The notes beneath the pieces were generated by a model. The model was not told the DNA's origin, searched no databases, and saw only the letters and a list, made by a program, of their open reading frames with translations. DNA of 60,192 bases, filler included. It is 5 parts of 5 records of this genome, joined end to end, with 100 filler letters (N's around TTAATTAATTAA, not from the genome) between each part and the next. Parts side by side here need not be neighbours in the genome. Positions count along the whole stretch, not along the records: positions 41,482 to 47,098 come from SRR31147125_27954; positions 47,199 to 60,192 come from SRR31147125_27968; 3 more parts are not named here. One strand, written 5' to 3'. Positions within the stretch are counted from its first letter, which is position 1, and each line of letters starts with the position of its first letter. Made by a program: the position numbers and the translations under genes. Below are positions 42,082 to 52,884 of the stretch, one piece after another.

Positions 42082-43261
42082 TTTATTTGTCAAAAGTGCA
42101 TGCTATATAGTTTTGCTTTTAACATTATGTATAGAGTGTACATCCCGAACGCCATTAATTATTGAACATGAGATTCCTGAAAAACTATTAATGGAAACAG
42201 CACTGGCAGACAGCCGTAGCAAACGAATGCAAAATATGGACATTCATCCGCTCGCTTTGGTGGATATATCTGCTGTGGGTGATTTAATGATGGGATCATG
42301 GGTTGTTGATCTTGTCACAAAGCATGGCGTGGATTATCCATTTGATAGCACACGCTCGCTGCTTAAAAGCTCTGACATAGCCATTGCAAATCTTGAAGCC
42401 CCATTGACAGCCAGCGGCACAAAGTTTGAGAATAAAACATATACTTTCAAAGTTCCGCCGATGTTTGCTGCAGGTATAAAAAATGCAGGTATCGATATCG
42501 TTACGCTGGCGAACAATCATATCGTTGATTTCGGTTGTGAAGGATTGCGCAATACGATTCATTCGCTCGATTCCGCACAGATTCAGCACTGTGGCGCAGG
42601 CGCAGACAAGTCTGATGCATGTAAGCCAGTCTATGTTGAGCATGCGGGTATTCGTGTTGCATTTGTTGCCTTCTCTATGACCTTTCCGGATGAATTTTGG
42701 GCAAGCAACTCCTCATGTGGTACATGTTATCCGACAGAGTCTTTGCTAAAGCGACTTGTAAAAACGTGCAACGATAGTGCAAGTTTAACAGTTGTCAGTT
42801 TTCATTGGGGTGCTGAGAAAAGGACAACCCCAAAGGATTATCAAATATATTTTGCTCACAAAGCAATCGATTTAGGGGCGGATCTTGTTCTTGGTCATCA
42901 CCCGCATGTATTACAAGGTCTTGAACTTTACAGGGGGAAATTAATTGCCTATAGCCTGGGAAATTTTGTTTTTGGATCCTTCAGTAGATATGCGAAAACA
43001 AGTATTGTGTTGCAGGCTATGATCAGTCCTCATAATTTATTAAATGCTCGTATCTGGCCTATCTCTGTTGATAATTATAAAGTCCAATTTCAACCTCGTC
43101 AATTAAGAAATGAACAAGCTGCAGAGGTTATTGAAAATCTTAATGAGCTATCCAGGCCATTGAATGGAGGACAAGATATTATTGGAAAAGACGGTTATCT
43201 TTTTTTGCCAAAAGTTAAAAATGATTTGACAAAGATAGTTCCGTTTTCACTCAGGCAGTAG
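42047..43261 (+). CDS. CapA family metallophosphatase-like protein (start uncertain)
   Basis: AVGDLM; NLEAP; LANNHIVDFG; FHWG.E; GHHPHV; YSLGNF. Confidence 0.88.
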   Translation: MKQRKKKRTRNSLFVKSACYIVLLLTLCIECTSRTPLIIEHEIPEKLLMETALADSRSKRMQNMDIHPLALVDISAVGDLMMGSWVVDLVTKHGVDYPFDSTRSLLKSSDIAIANLEAPLTASGTKFENKTYTFKVPPMFAAGIKNAGIDIVTLANNHIVDFGCEGLRNTIHSLDSAQIQHCGAGADKSDACKPVYVEHAGIRVAFVAFSMTFPDEFWASNSSCGTCYPTESLLKRLVKTCNDSASLTVVSFHWGAEKRTTPKDYQIYFAHKAIDLGADLVLGHHPHVLQGLELYRGKLIAYSLGNFVFGSFSRYAKTSIVLQAMISPHNLLNARIWPISVDNYKVQFQPRQLRNEQAAEVIENLNELSRPLNGGQDIIGKDGYLFLPKVKNDLTKIVPFSLRQ

Positions 43262-43532
43262 GAACAATGGGAACTGTATCAAAAATATTTTAATGAAACA
43301 GTGCGTTGATGAACTATAGATGAGTCCATTGGGTTATTGAATTGTTTAAGGACCTTGCATTCATTTAAGCATCATTACATTTTTGATGAATTTACCCAAT
43401 GAGTGAATTTTGATACAGCTTCTGTTGTGACGATCTTTTATACAGTGCGATGTGGAAAAAAATAACGTACCTGATGTGATCGGGTCTATTTTACCATTTA
43501 AGCGTGCTTATAATTTTTGTAAAGGGGGATGT

Positions 43533-44941
43533 ATGAAAATTGAAGAACCTGCCAGGGAGGGTTTCCTTTACCAAATTTGGCTGGATAAAGGATTCGGTCA
43601 ATGTAACCTGTTTACCATTGACGGAAAACCAGTCGAAATAAGAGAAAAGGGCGTGTACAATACGGATGCCGGACCTGATTTTAAAAATGCCTTAATTTTA
43701 TTAAATGATTGTCTTGAACGAGGTGATATTGAAATTCATCCTGTAGCCGGAGATTGGTACGCACATGGTCACCATCAGGATCCGCATTATAATAATGTTA
43801 TACTTCATGTTGTTACAATGAACTGTCCTTCCGATTTTCTCACCATCAACAATAATGGAAAAATTGTTCCCACCTTAAATATGGATACATTTCTTTCAAG
43901 ACCCGCTGAAGACCTGGAGCAAAGCACATTGGAACCTTTTAACGAATCGTTTGATGAAAAAACAAGGTGTGCGCTCTCTGGAAAATCCTCTGTTACGATA
44001 CAGCAAATTGTTGAAAAATATGCTGATGAACGGTTTCATAATAAATCAGAGCAGTATTTTGAAAGGAGGTATTTGTTTTCGTGGGATCAAATATTTTATG
44101 AGGCTATGCTGGAAGCTTTTGGTTATTCTAAAAACCAGGTTCCGTTCAGAAATATGGCTCAAAAGTTGCCTGTTGAAACCATATGGAATTATATTTGGAA
44201 AGATAGTGTTGAGGGTGCTTTGCATAAATGTGAAGCTTATTTATTTGGTGTTGCAGGCATGCTTCCTGTTCAGAGTGGTGCTGTTAATACCAGGCTGAGC
44301 CCGGAAGCAGAGAATTATGTTTATCGTCTGGAAAAAACGTGGGATCAATTTCCAGAGAGAAAAAAATAGAATGCCTGAAACCTCAGGATTGGAAATTTTT
44401 CAGAATGCGTCCGCAAAATTTTCCAACCCGTCGAATTGCTGCTACTGCAACTCTTGTGCTTAGATTTATGGATGATGGATTTCTTGGTACTATATTAAAA
44501 ACCATATCATCCTGTGAAGTAAAAGTTAAAAAGATTGCAAAAGAGATTGAACAACTTTTTTTAGTAAAAGCGAATGATTTCTGGCTGCATCATTTCAATT
44601 TTGATGATTCATTGATGGATAAAGTTGCTGGTAATAAAGCGGGTACATATATTATCGGTTTGGAACGGGCACGAGATATTTCTGTGAATATTGTATTACC
44701 TGTTCTGTATGCTTTTGGAAAAGAATCGGATGATGGACGTTTGAAGAATAAAATTAAGGAAATTTATCTGAGTTATCCCAGAAATACCGAAAACGAAATC
44801 ACACGAAAAATGCGAGCCAGAATATTTGGCCATTCTCAGGATGGGAAAGAGTTGATAACCGGCATTCGACAACAGCAGGGATTAATTCAAATTTGCAAGT
44901 TTATGTGTTCACCTGGTGACTGTGTCCGCTGTATCCGCTAA
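43533..44941 (+). CDS. DUF2851 family protein; split at the A7 run 44360-44366
   Basis: N.DAGPDF; GDIEIH..DW..HGH..DP.Y.NVILHV; RPQNFPTRR. Confidence 0.82.
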
Positions 44942-45013
44942 AAAAATCTTGGCATAAAAAATATGCAATTTCCTTGTACGTTTATTTTGTTATTTTACCA
45001 CCAATTGTTACTA

Positions 45014-45042
45014 TTGACTTTTAGGCAATTTATTAGTATAAT
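45014..45042 (+). promoter_or_regulatory. Sigma70-type promoter upstream of rsmI
   Basis: TTGACT - 17 nt - TATAAT. Confidence 0.7.
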
Positions 45043-45255
45043 TACCAGATTTATAATAACTGAAATTGCCCTAAGACAATGAACAGTAAATCGGCTTAGA
45101 GGTGATTTGCTAAAAAACGATGCCTTTATTATTTTGCGCCCAAAATTCAATTTAACATAAAGTAATCAAGTGCAAATAAAAGGTTTCAGATTTATGAGAA
45201 GACAATTCTGTTTTTCAATAAAGCGTATTGTCTATTTCTATAAGGAGAACCTTCA

Positions 45256-45993
45256 ACGTCAGAGGATATTCTTCAACAACTCAAGCCTGGTACCCTCTTT
45301 TTGGTTAGCACACCAATAGGTAACTTGAGAGATATTACACTTCGAGCCCTTGATGTTTTGTCTCATGTAGATTTAATAGCTGCAGAGGATACACGGAAAA
45401 GCAGGGTTCTGCTGAATCATTATCAAATCAAAACACCCTTGAAGAGTTATCATGATTTTAATAAAGAGAGGATCACACCTTTTTTAATCAATGAATTAAA
45501 AGCTGATAAATCTGTGGCCGTGATCACTGATGCTGGAACACCAGGTATTTCTGATCCTGCATTTTATTTTGTTAGACAGGCAATTTCAGAGGGAATTCGG
45601 GTTGAAGCCATTCCCGGGCCAACCGCTTTTGTACCAGCGCTTGTTGTATCCGGACTTGCTACGGACCGATTTGTTTTTGAAGGCTTTTTGCCACCTAAAA
45701 AAGGTCGACTAACAAGGCTTCAGGCTCTTAATGAAGAACCGAGAACAATCATTATATATGAATCCCCCAAACGACTATTGAGAACGCTTAATGATCTGTT
45801 GGTAAATTTAGGAAATCGGGAAGCCGTTGTTGCACGGGAACTATCTAAAAAATTTGAAGAAATTAAACGAGGCTTACTGGCGGACATAATAGAACATTTT
45901 CAAGATTCAACCATCAAGGGTGAGATTGTTATTTTGGTCAGTGGTATGACACGAAAACTAAAAAGAACTAAACGGCAGGAATTTAAAAATTAA
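45256..45993 (+). CDS. rsmI: 16S rRNA C1402 2'-O-methyltransferase (start codon uncertain)
   Basis: GTLFLVSTPIGNL.DIT; AEDTR; DAGTPGISDP; YESP.R; RELSKKFEE. Confidence 0.92.
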   Translation, partial: TSEDILQQLKPGTLFLVSTPIGNLRDITLRALDVLSHVDLIAAEDTRKSRVLLNHYQIKTPLKSYHDFNKERITPFLINELKADKSVAVITDAGTPGISDPAFYFVRQAISEGIRVEAIPGPTAFVPALVVSGLATDRFVFEGFLPPKKGRLTRLQALNEEPRTIIIYESPKRLLRTLNDLLVNLGNREAVVARELSKKFEEIKRGLLADIIEHFQDSTIKGEIVILVSGMTRKLKRTKRQEFKN

Positions 45994-46005
45994 ATTGGTA
46001 GACTA

Positions 46006-46659
46006 ATGGATGCAGAAATAATACCAAAAGTAGTAAAAGAATATTTCAGAAAGTTAATTCAACCCATTATCAAGTTTTTTGTTCGTTACGAGTTGAATCC
46101 AAATTTTTTCACAACCTTTTCTCTGGTTATATCTATTATTTCCGGATATCAATTTGCAAAGGGTTCAATACGGTTTGGAGCCTTTTTGTTATTGTTGGGC
46201 GGCCTGTTTGATATGGTCGATGGCGCTGTCGCTCGGGCATCCAACAGAGTTACCCGATTTGGAGCGCTTTATGATTCAACCCTGGATAGATATGCTGAGA
46301 TAATCGTCTTTTTTGGCATAGCGTATCATTTTGTCTCACATTATTCAACAAATTATAAAGTGGGCTTGTTAATCAGTATGGCTGTGTTTATCGCGGTCTG
46401 TGGTTCCATAATGGTCAGTTATGTTCGGGCTCGTGCAGAAGGATTAGGTTTTCAATGTAAGGTTGGGCTGATGCAACGATCTGAACGATTGGTTATATTA
46501 AGCATTGGTGCTTTGATTTCTGATGTCGCCTTAATTGTTGCCATTATTATTATTGCCATTTTATCCAACTTTACGGCCATACAAAGGATCTATTATGTTT
46601 GGTCTGAGGATAATGCGAATAAATGGAACAAATTACCGTCAGATGTAGATCATGAGTAA
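46006..46659 (+). CDS. CDP-alcohol phosphatidyltransferase (inositol-phospholipid synthase-like subtype)
   Basis: [39 protein letters not shown]. Confidence 0.85.
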   Translation: MDAEIIPKVVKEYFRKLIQPIIKFFVRYELNPNFFTTFSLVISIISGYQFAKGSIRFGAFLLLLGGLFDMVDGAVARASNRVTRFGALYDSTLDRYAEIIVFFGIAYHFVSHYSTNYKVGLLISMAVFIAVCGSIMVSYVRARAEGLGFQCKVGLMQRSERLVILSIGALISDVALIVAIIIIAILSNFTAIQRIYYVWSEDNANKWNKLPSDVDHE

Positions 46660-46724
46660 AATGTACTAATATAACTCTTGATTTGATGATGAATAGAAAT
46701 TTAAATAAAAGTGGAGGTTTTCAG

Positions 46725-47075
46725 GTGCAGCGGATAATGTGCAAATCAAAAATACACCGCGCACGAGTTACAGATGCAAATCTGAATTACGAAGGAAGTT
46801 TGACAATTGATACCGGGCTTATGAGGGCAGCCAATATACTGCCGTTTGAAAAAGTTCAGATTGTAAATATTAATAATGGATCTCGTGCAGAAACTTATGT
46901 AATAGAAGGTAAAGAAGGTTCAGGTGAAATTGTTGCTAACGGAGCGCTGGCTCGGATGACAGAGAAAGATGATTTGGTTATCATTATTTCTTATGCTGTT
47001 ATGGATGATGATGAGGCCTCTAGATTTACTCCAAGCCTGATTCATGTAAACGAGAAAAATGAGATAAATCGCTAA
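46725..47075 (+). CDS. panD: Aspartate 1-decarboxylase
   Basis: [15 protein letters not shown] (Gly-Ser cleavage site); NG.R.ETY; GTG start after GGAGG. Confidence 0.95.
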   Translation: MQRIMCKSKIHRARVTDANLNYEGSLTIDTGLMRAANILPFEKVQIVNINNGSRAETYVIEGKEGSGEIVANGALARMTEKDDLVIIISYAVMDDDEASRFTPSLIHVNEKNEINR

Positions 47076-47098
47076 AACCACCTGGCGATTTTCTTTTT

Positions 47099-47198
47099 NN
47101 NNNNNNNNNNNNNNNNNNNNNNNNNNNNNNNNNNNNNNNNNNTTAATTAATTAANNNNNNNNNNNNNNNNNNNNNNNNNNNNNNNNNNNNNNNNNNNN
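47099..47198. other. Artificial contig spacer
   Basis: 44 N + TTAATTAATTAA + 44 N. Confidence 0.98.
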
Positions 47199-47712
47199 AC
47201 ACATTTTTTGTGAGATAGAGGCAACGCTCAGGATCAATCGCCCGGGTATTCGGAACCGCCTGAGGAAACAGAGCATAGATGGCTTTGCGATTGCTGAGCC
47301 CCTGGTTGAACTGGTCCGGTACCCGGGTCGGACACTCGGGCTCACATGCGCCACAGCCAGTGCACCGGTCGGGGTCCACATAGCGCGCCTTTTCCTCGAG
47401 CCTGACCGTGAAGTTACCCTCGGCTCCGTCAACCGAAACCACCCTGGTCTGGGTGTACATTTTGATATTGGGATGACGGCTCGATTCAACCATGCGCGGG
47501 GAGATCATACACATTGCGCAATCCCCGGTCGGAAAGGTTTTGTCAAGACGAGCCATCGTACCGCCGATGGACGGCTCTTCATTGATCATGTGGACCAGCA
47601 GCCCGCTGTCCGCCAGGTCAAGGGATGCCTGCATCCCTCCTACGCCTGAACCGACAACAAGTACCGACCCTACCTTATCCACATCATTTTCCAGGGGAGC
47701 ATTTTTCGTCAA
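47199..47712 (-). CDS. hdrA: HdrA-like flavoprotein, N-terminus (truncated)
   Basis: VVGSGVGG; SIGG.MARLDKTFPTGDCAMC; CTGCGACEPECP; RKAIY..FPQAVP. Confidence 0.88.
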
Positions 47713-48033
47713 AACAACCTCCTCCGGATCAGTCCTGCAAATGGTACCGGCTACTCAAATCTCACCGGCTTTGAACGCGGGGTCTGATCAGAATTATGAG
47801 TAGTCATATCTTTGGTCTGCGAAGCGCAACGATTCTCATTATTGTGGAATTTTGCGGAGTTGACAATCTCTTTTTTATTTTGACTCACCCCGCTGTCGAT
47901 GGTTCGATGTTTTTGTGTAATATTATTAGGCGTTTTGATGTATGGATAGTACGATCATCAATCCATGAAGCAGCGGAATCAGTACAACAGCTACAGGGTG
48001 TCTTAAAAAAAGAAGAAACCTCTGCGGATACAT

Positions 48034-49295
48034 ATGACACAGCAGAACAGATCAACCCGCATCGAGATTTTCAAGAAGGGTTTGAACCACTACCCGAAAG
48101 CGAGCTATCCGACCCGCACGGGAATATTCCATGAAATAGAAACGAAGCGGGCAGTTTTCCATTTCAACCTCAACGGGGAGATCATCCGGCTGATCGGCAA
48201 GGGGCGGGAATGGCCGCACCCCAGGAGTGGCTGAAACGAACAATCGGCAACGACTGGATCTACTATTCCACCGGTGGTTATACGGGTGTGTACGAAACCA
48301 CCGGCGAGTATTACCTCCCCAACCTCCCGTATGCTACCAACAACCACATGGGAGGCACACCGTTCGCCGACAGCAGTATCAGCAGTCTTATCGGAAGCTG
48401 GCCGGATGTCCTGAGTACCCTGGCGCAAGATACTGTCGGCGCGGATTCTGCGACCACCGAGGTCCTGGATAAAATCATGACCAACACGACCGAGGTCCTG
48501 GACCTGAGGCGTGCGCGTCTGTACCGACTCTCGAACGGCCCGGTTTCCGTTCTACCGCCCGATACCCGGCATGTCGATTACCAGGTGATCCCCCTGAACA
48601 TATCCAGGGGATGCCTCTACAAATGCGGGTTCTGCCGGGTAAAGAATGGCAGCCGGTTCACCGAGCTGAGCAGGGACCGGATCGACTCCACGCTAGACGA
48701 ACTCTCCAAGTTCGTCGGGGAGGACCTCTGTAATTTCAACGCGCTGTTTCTCGGGGAGCACGACGCCCTGAACTGCGATCCTTCGATGATCTGCGACGCG
48801 ATAAAACGAGCCCAGGACAGGCTCGCGCTCAACAACTCTTATATCGAGGGCTGCCATACATTCATGTTCGGATCGGTGTCATCGCTCCTGAAGCACGATC
48901 CGCAGTTTTTCACTGCTCTCGACAAGCTGCCCGGCCTGAAATATATCAACATCGGGCTCGAGTCCGCCCACCAGCCGACGCTCGACAGATTGCGCAAACC
49001 AGTCCCGGTAGCAGAAGTGACCGCCGCCTTCGACCGCATGCTGGAGATCAACGACGCCTTCAGGTCCATCGAGCTAACCGCCAACTTCGTCACCAGCCCC
49101 GATCTGGACCAGGATCATTACAACGCGATGCTGTCACTCATCCGCGAGCGGGTACGAACGCCCCGGTCCAAGGGCTGCATCTACCTGTCCCCGCTGCTGT
49201 TCGACTCCCCTTCCAGGGCAAGGCTGTTCGACTTCTACAAACTCAAGCGTCTCAGCCGGCTTCCACTTTTCATGTACACGATCCAGCGATTATGA
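48034..49295 (+). CDS. Radical SAM protein with N-terminal extension; split at the C4 run 48219-48222
   Basis: CLYKCGFC motif; FLGEHDAL; INIGLES; restoring one C joins WPHPQEWLKRT. Confidence 0.85.
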
Positions 49296-49362
49296 AGTAT
49301 TTATAATTCCCTGAAGGGTACGTTGAAGGTTACGGCATAATCAGGCACAGAACGGTGAACAC

Positions 49363-49956
49363 ATGCAGGACTCAAAAAAACTGAGAAAAGATATCCTCGC
49401 CCGGCGCGACCGGATCGCTCCGGAAATCCGGGACCGGAAAAGCCAGAAGATTGGTGACTCACTGCTCGCCCTGTCCGACATTGATGCGGCAGCCACAATC
49501 TTCATCTACGTCAGTTTCAGAAGCGAGGTGGCAACGCTGCCGATCATCGCCGAACTGCTGAAGAGGAAGAAAACGGTAACGGTGCCGCTCACGATGACAT
49601 CTGAGAATCGCCTTGAGATTGTCGAGATCACCGATCCCGCCAGAGAACTGGTTCCGGGATACTGCGACATACCGGAGCCGACACCGGAACATGCCCGCGA
49701 GTTTGCAGTCGATCCCGGCCGGATCGACCTGATTATTCTGCCTGGTTCGGTCTTCGATACGCGCGGCGGGCGCTACGGGTACGGCGGCGGGTATTACGAC
49801 CGGCTCCTTGAGCAGGTCCCGGGGGCCGGAAGGATCGCACTGGCCTACGAGGTGCAGATGGTCGAACGTCTCGAACTGCAGCCCCACGACCAGCTGCTCG
49901 ACCGCATCGTCACCGAGGAGCGCCTCATCACGGTCGACTCGCGAAATGGATATTGA
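49363..49956 (+). CDS. 5-formyltetrahydrofolate cyclo-ligase
   Basis: KKLRK; SEV.T; IPEP; PGSVFD..G.RYGYGGGYYDR; PHD. Confidence 0.92.
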   Translation: MQDSKKLRKDILARRDRIAPEIRDRKSQKIGDSLLALSDIDAAATIFIYVSFRSEVATLPIIAELLKRKKTVTVPLTMTSENRLEIVEITDPARELVPGYCDIPEPTPEHAREFAVDPGRIDLIILPGSVFDTRGGRYGYGGGYYDRLLEQVPGAGRIALAYEVQMVERLELQPHDQLLDRIVTEERLITVDSRNGY

Positions 49957-50016
49957 CCATATGGAGACAGTAGTGCAAACCACTTAATCCCAAAATACCT
50001 TCAGGAGGAGGACAAG

Positions 50017-51147
50017 ATGTCTCAGCATTATGCTTTCGTTGGCTGTTATAGCGGTTATGAGCCGGGGCAGCTTAGCTGGGTCGGTTCCAAACAGGCCGGA
50101 GAAGGAATTCTTTCCTTTTCGTTCAACAATGTGGATGGCTCTCTTTCCCCACTTGGTGCGATCACAAAGCAAGATTCACCGTCGTGGCTGGAAATCCATC
50201 CCAACAAGCGCTTTCTTGTTGCGACTCACGAGCTTTCTCACCACACGGGTGTTTCTGAAGGTACTGGCTTTGTTACTTCGTACAGGATCCTTTCCGATGG
50301 TGGACTCGAGAAAGTCAACACTCAGTCGACTGGCGGCCGAGGCAACACCTGTGCAGCATTTGATCGGACAGGACGTTTTCTGCTCGTAACAAGGTATTGG
50401 GAGGGTGGGATCACCGTATTACCCTTTGCCCCCGATACAGGAGAGATCGGCCCGCTTACCGCGACGCCGGATCACCCTGGTGCGGGTCCACACCCTCTGC
50501 GTCAATCATCGTCTCATCCGCACGGTATCCATGGCGACCCCCAAACGGACATGGTGTATGCGATAGATTTAGGCACGGACAAGGTGTACCAATACATCCT
50601 TGAAACAGAGACGGGGAAACTGACGCTGCATAGTGAAGTTGAGATGGCAGCAGGATCTGGCCCGCGCGGCATCAACTTCCACCCGTCATTGCGAACGGCA
50701 TATGTGAATAACGAACTTGACGGCACCGTCACGGTATGCACCGTTGACGACGATAAGGGGTTAATACCGGTACAAACGTTGTTCTGCTATCCGGAAAGCT
50801 TCGTGGCGCATGGCCACCCGGAAAATCTCGGCAAAGCTGCTTTCTGGGGTGCCGAAGGCTGCTTGTCCGGTAACGCATCACACTACTACTACATCTGTCG
50901 GGTTCACCAGAGCATTGCCGTATACACCGTTGAAGCTGACGGTACATTGGCGTATTCAAGTCGGTGCACGCTTGCGCCGAACTCTAATGCTCGGAACCTC
51001 ACGCTCGACCCGAGCGGCAGGTTTATTCTTGTGGCAAGCCAGGATGCAGATTGTGTTGAATGCTTCCGGATTGACCCGAAAACAGGTGCGCTCGAGCTGG
51101 TGCATACCCAGGGCGCTCCGTGCGCTGCCGACGTCGCGGTCATCTGA
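50017..51147 (+). CDS. Lactonase family beta-propeller (Pgl/YbhE-like)
   Basis: GPHPLRQ..SHPH; DLGTD; GSGPRG; ARN..LDPSG. Confidence 0.85.
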   Translation: MSQHYAFVGCYSGYEPGQLSWVGSKQAGEGILSFSFNNVDGSLSPLGAITKQDSPSWLEIHPNKRFLVATHELSHHTGVSEGTGFVTSYRILSDGGLEKVNTQSTGGRGNTCAAFDRTGRFLLVTRYWEGGITVLPFAPDTGEIGPLTATPDHPGAGPHPLRQSSSHPHGIHGDPQTDMVYAIDLGTDKVYQYILETETGKLTLHSEVEMAAGSGPRGINFHPSLRTAYVNNELDGTVTVCTVDDDKGLIPVQTLFCYPESFVAHGHPENLGKAAFWGAEGCLSGNASHYYYICRVHQSIAVYTVEADGTLAYSSRCTLAPNSNARNLTLDPSGRFILVASQDADCVECFRIDPKTGALELVHTQGAPCAADVAVI

Positions 51148-51372
51148 ACCGAAATCCCGAATTCCCGGTTTAACTGCAAATTGCTCAAGCAGTTTATCCG
51201 GGCCCATGAGAATGCGCAGCGAGGTATCTGGTTATGCGTAGCTGGTTGGACGAATGATCGTCAGACAACATTTTTCTGAATAGCAGTAACGAACTGGAGA
51301 TACGTAGTTTTTATGTAAATTGAGCATTGACGGTATCAGTTCATTCAGTCTTTTACCTGGAGGGGTGCACAC

Positions 51373-52704
51373 ATGACAGTCGAAAAACTGGACAGTTCTT
51401 CTCGTTTAATCCTGCATAGAACCAGCAAGCAAGATGTAAGCAAGGGCATCAGTGTCATTGTCAAGGGAGAAGGGATTCGCGTTTTCGACCAGGATGGCAA
51501 AGCATACATTGATCTGGAAGCAGGCGGGACGCGCCCTGTCCATGTCGGCTATGGCCGCACAGAACTGGCCCGGGCAGGTTATGACCAGATGTGTGAGATG
51601 CCCTATTTCACACCGATGGCGTTCGCCACCGTCCCCGCGATGCAGCTTGCTGAAAAATTGGCGGAAATCACCCCCACCGGAATAGAGCGCTTCATCTTTG
51701 AATGTGACGGGTCTGAGGCGGTGGAAACCTCAATGAAACTGGCAAAGCATTACCATTACTATCGAGGTGACCAGGCACGCTACAAGATAATTTCCCGCAG
51801 AGGAGCATACCACGGAGTTAACGGCATTGGCGTCAGGGCATTGGGCATAGTCATGCCCATGCGGCAACTCATGGAGCCATTGGCCCCGGGAGCAGCCTTT
51901 ATTGAATCCCCGTATTGTTACCGGTGCCCGCACAACCTGGAATATCCTGACTGCGACATGGCGTGTGCACGCGAGCTGACCCGCATCATCGAGTTTGAAG
52001 GCCCCGACCAGATTTCCATGTTTATTGGGGAACCGATTCAACAAGGTTTTGGTGCCTACAGGCCACCCCCTGAATATTGGCCACTGATCAGAGAAATATG
52101 TGATCAGTATGGAATCCTACTGGTAATTGATGAAGTCATATGCGGATTTGGCCGTACCGGGAAGATGTTTGCAACCGATCACTTCGACGTTCAGCCAGAC
52201 ATGATGACAATGGCAAAAGGATTGACCAGTGGTTATGTCCCCCTTGGAGCGGTTGGTTGCTCAGACAAAGTTATCGAAAAGACAGAACTCCTGAATCATT
52301 TGCACACCTACGGCAATCATCCGGTGTCGTGTGCTGTCGGTCTCAAAAACCTCGAGCTGCTGGAGAATGAAAAGCTGGTCGAAAACAGTGAAAAAATTGG
52401 CACCTACTTCCTTGAAGGTCTGAAAACGCTTGAACATCACCCTACCGTGGGTGAAGTACGCGGGACCGGGCTCTGGTTGGGAATGGACTTTACCGTCGAT
52501 AAAAAGACACGCGCCCCTTACCCCATTGAAAATATGATGAGTATTATATCCAGGGCTAAGGAGAAAGGCGTTCTCATCAAAACCATGGGTATGGCACTGG
52601 AGTTTGCACCGCCGCTGATTATCACGAAAGAAGAGGTGGACGAAGTCATCCCCGTTCTTGACGAATGCATCACCGAGGAAGAAAAGGTTTTGGCCCTCTC
52701 ATGA
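51373..52704 (+). CDS. Class III PLP aminotransferase (omega-amine/taurine-type; substrate unknown)
   Basis: GSEAVETSMK; AYHG; DEVICGFGRTG; MAKGLTSGY; HTYGNHP. Confidence 0.9.
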   Translation: MTVEKLDSSSRLILHRTSKQDVSKGISVIVKGEGIRVFDQDGKAYIDLEAGGTRPVHVGYGRTELARAGYDQMCEMPYFTPMAFATVPAMQLAEKLAEITPTGIERFIFECDGSEAVETSMKLAKHYHYYRGDQARYKIISRRGAYHGVNGIGVRALGIVMPMRQLMEPLAPGAAFIESPYCYRCPHNLEYPDCDMACARELTRIIEFEGPDQISMFIGEPIQQGFGAYRPPPEYWPLIREICDQYGILLVIDEVICGFGRTGKMFATDHFDVQPDMMTMAKGLTSGYVPLGAVGCSDKVIEKTELLNHLHTYGNHPVSCAVGLKNLELLENEKLVENSEKIGTYFLEGLKTLEHHPTVGEVRGTGLWLGMDFTVDKKTRAPYPIENMMSIISRAKEKGVLIKTMGMALEFAPPLIITKEEVDEVIPVLDECITEEEKVLALS

Positions 52705-52884
52705 TATCCATTCAATCAGGAGAGAAAAAAACGCAAAAGAGAATACCCAACTGAAAAGAAGCTTGTGTATATACCGTAACTCACCGTATACATAGCGGTG
52801 CATAAAAGCTGATGTACCCTGTCGAAGGATGCAGTGATCAGTTTTCCTCCAGGACATGTCCTGCATCATGCAACATGAGGATCG

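Noticed and set aside
47199-47712. Selenocysteine in HdrA
   Set aside because: The DCAMC motif uses Cys codons; no in-frame TGA in the visible part
47796-48134. 112-aa ORF and a possible Rex/FNR box in the hdrA-radical SAM intergenic region
   Set aside because: The ORF overlaps the radical SAM start out of frame and has no motif; the candidate boxes match consensus only partially
52760-52830. Fluoride riboswitch upstream of the ClC (AAAAGCTGATG resembles its 3' part)
   Set aside because: No GGxGATG 5' element or pseudoknot partner is present, and the ClC lacks the fluoride-type GNNLI/GREGT motifs
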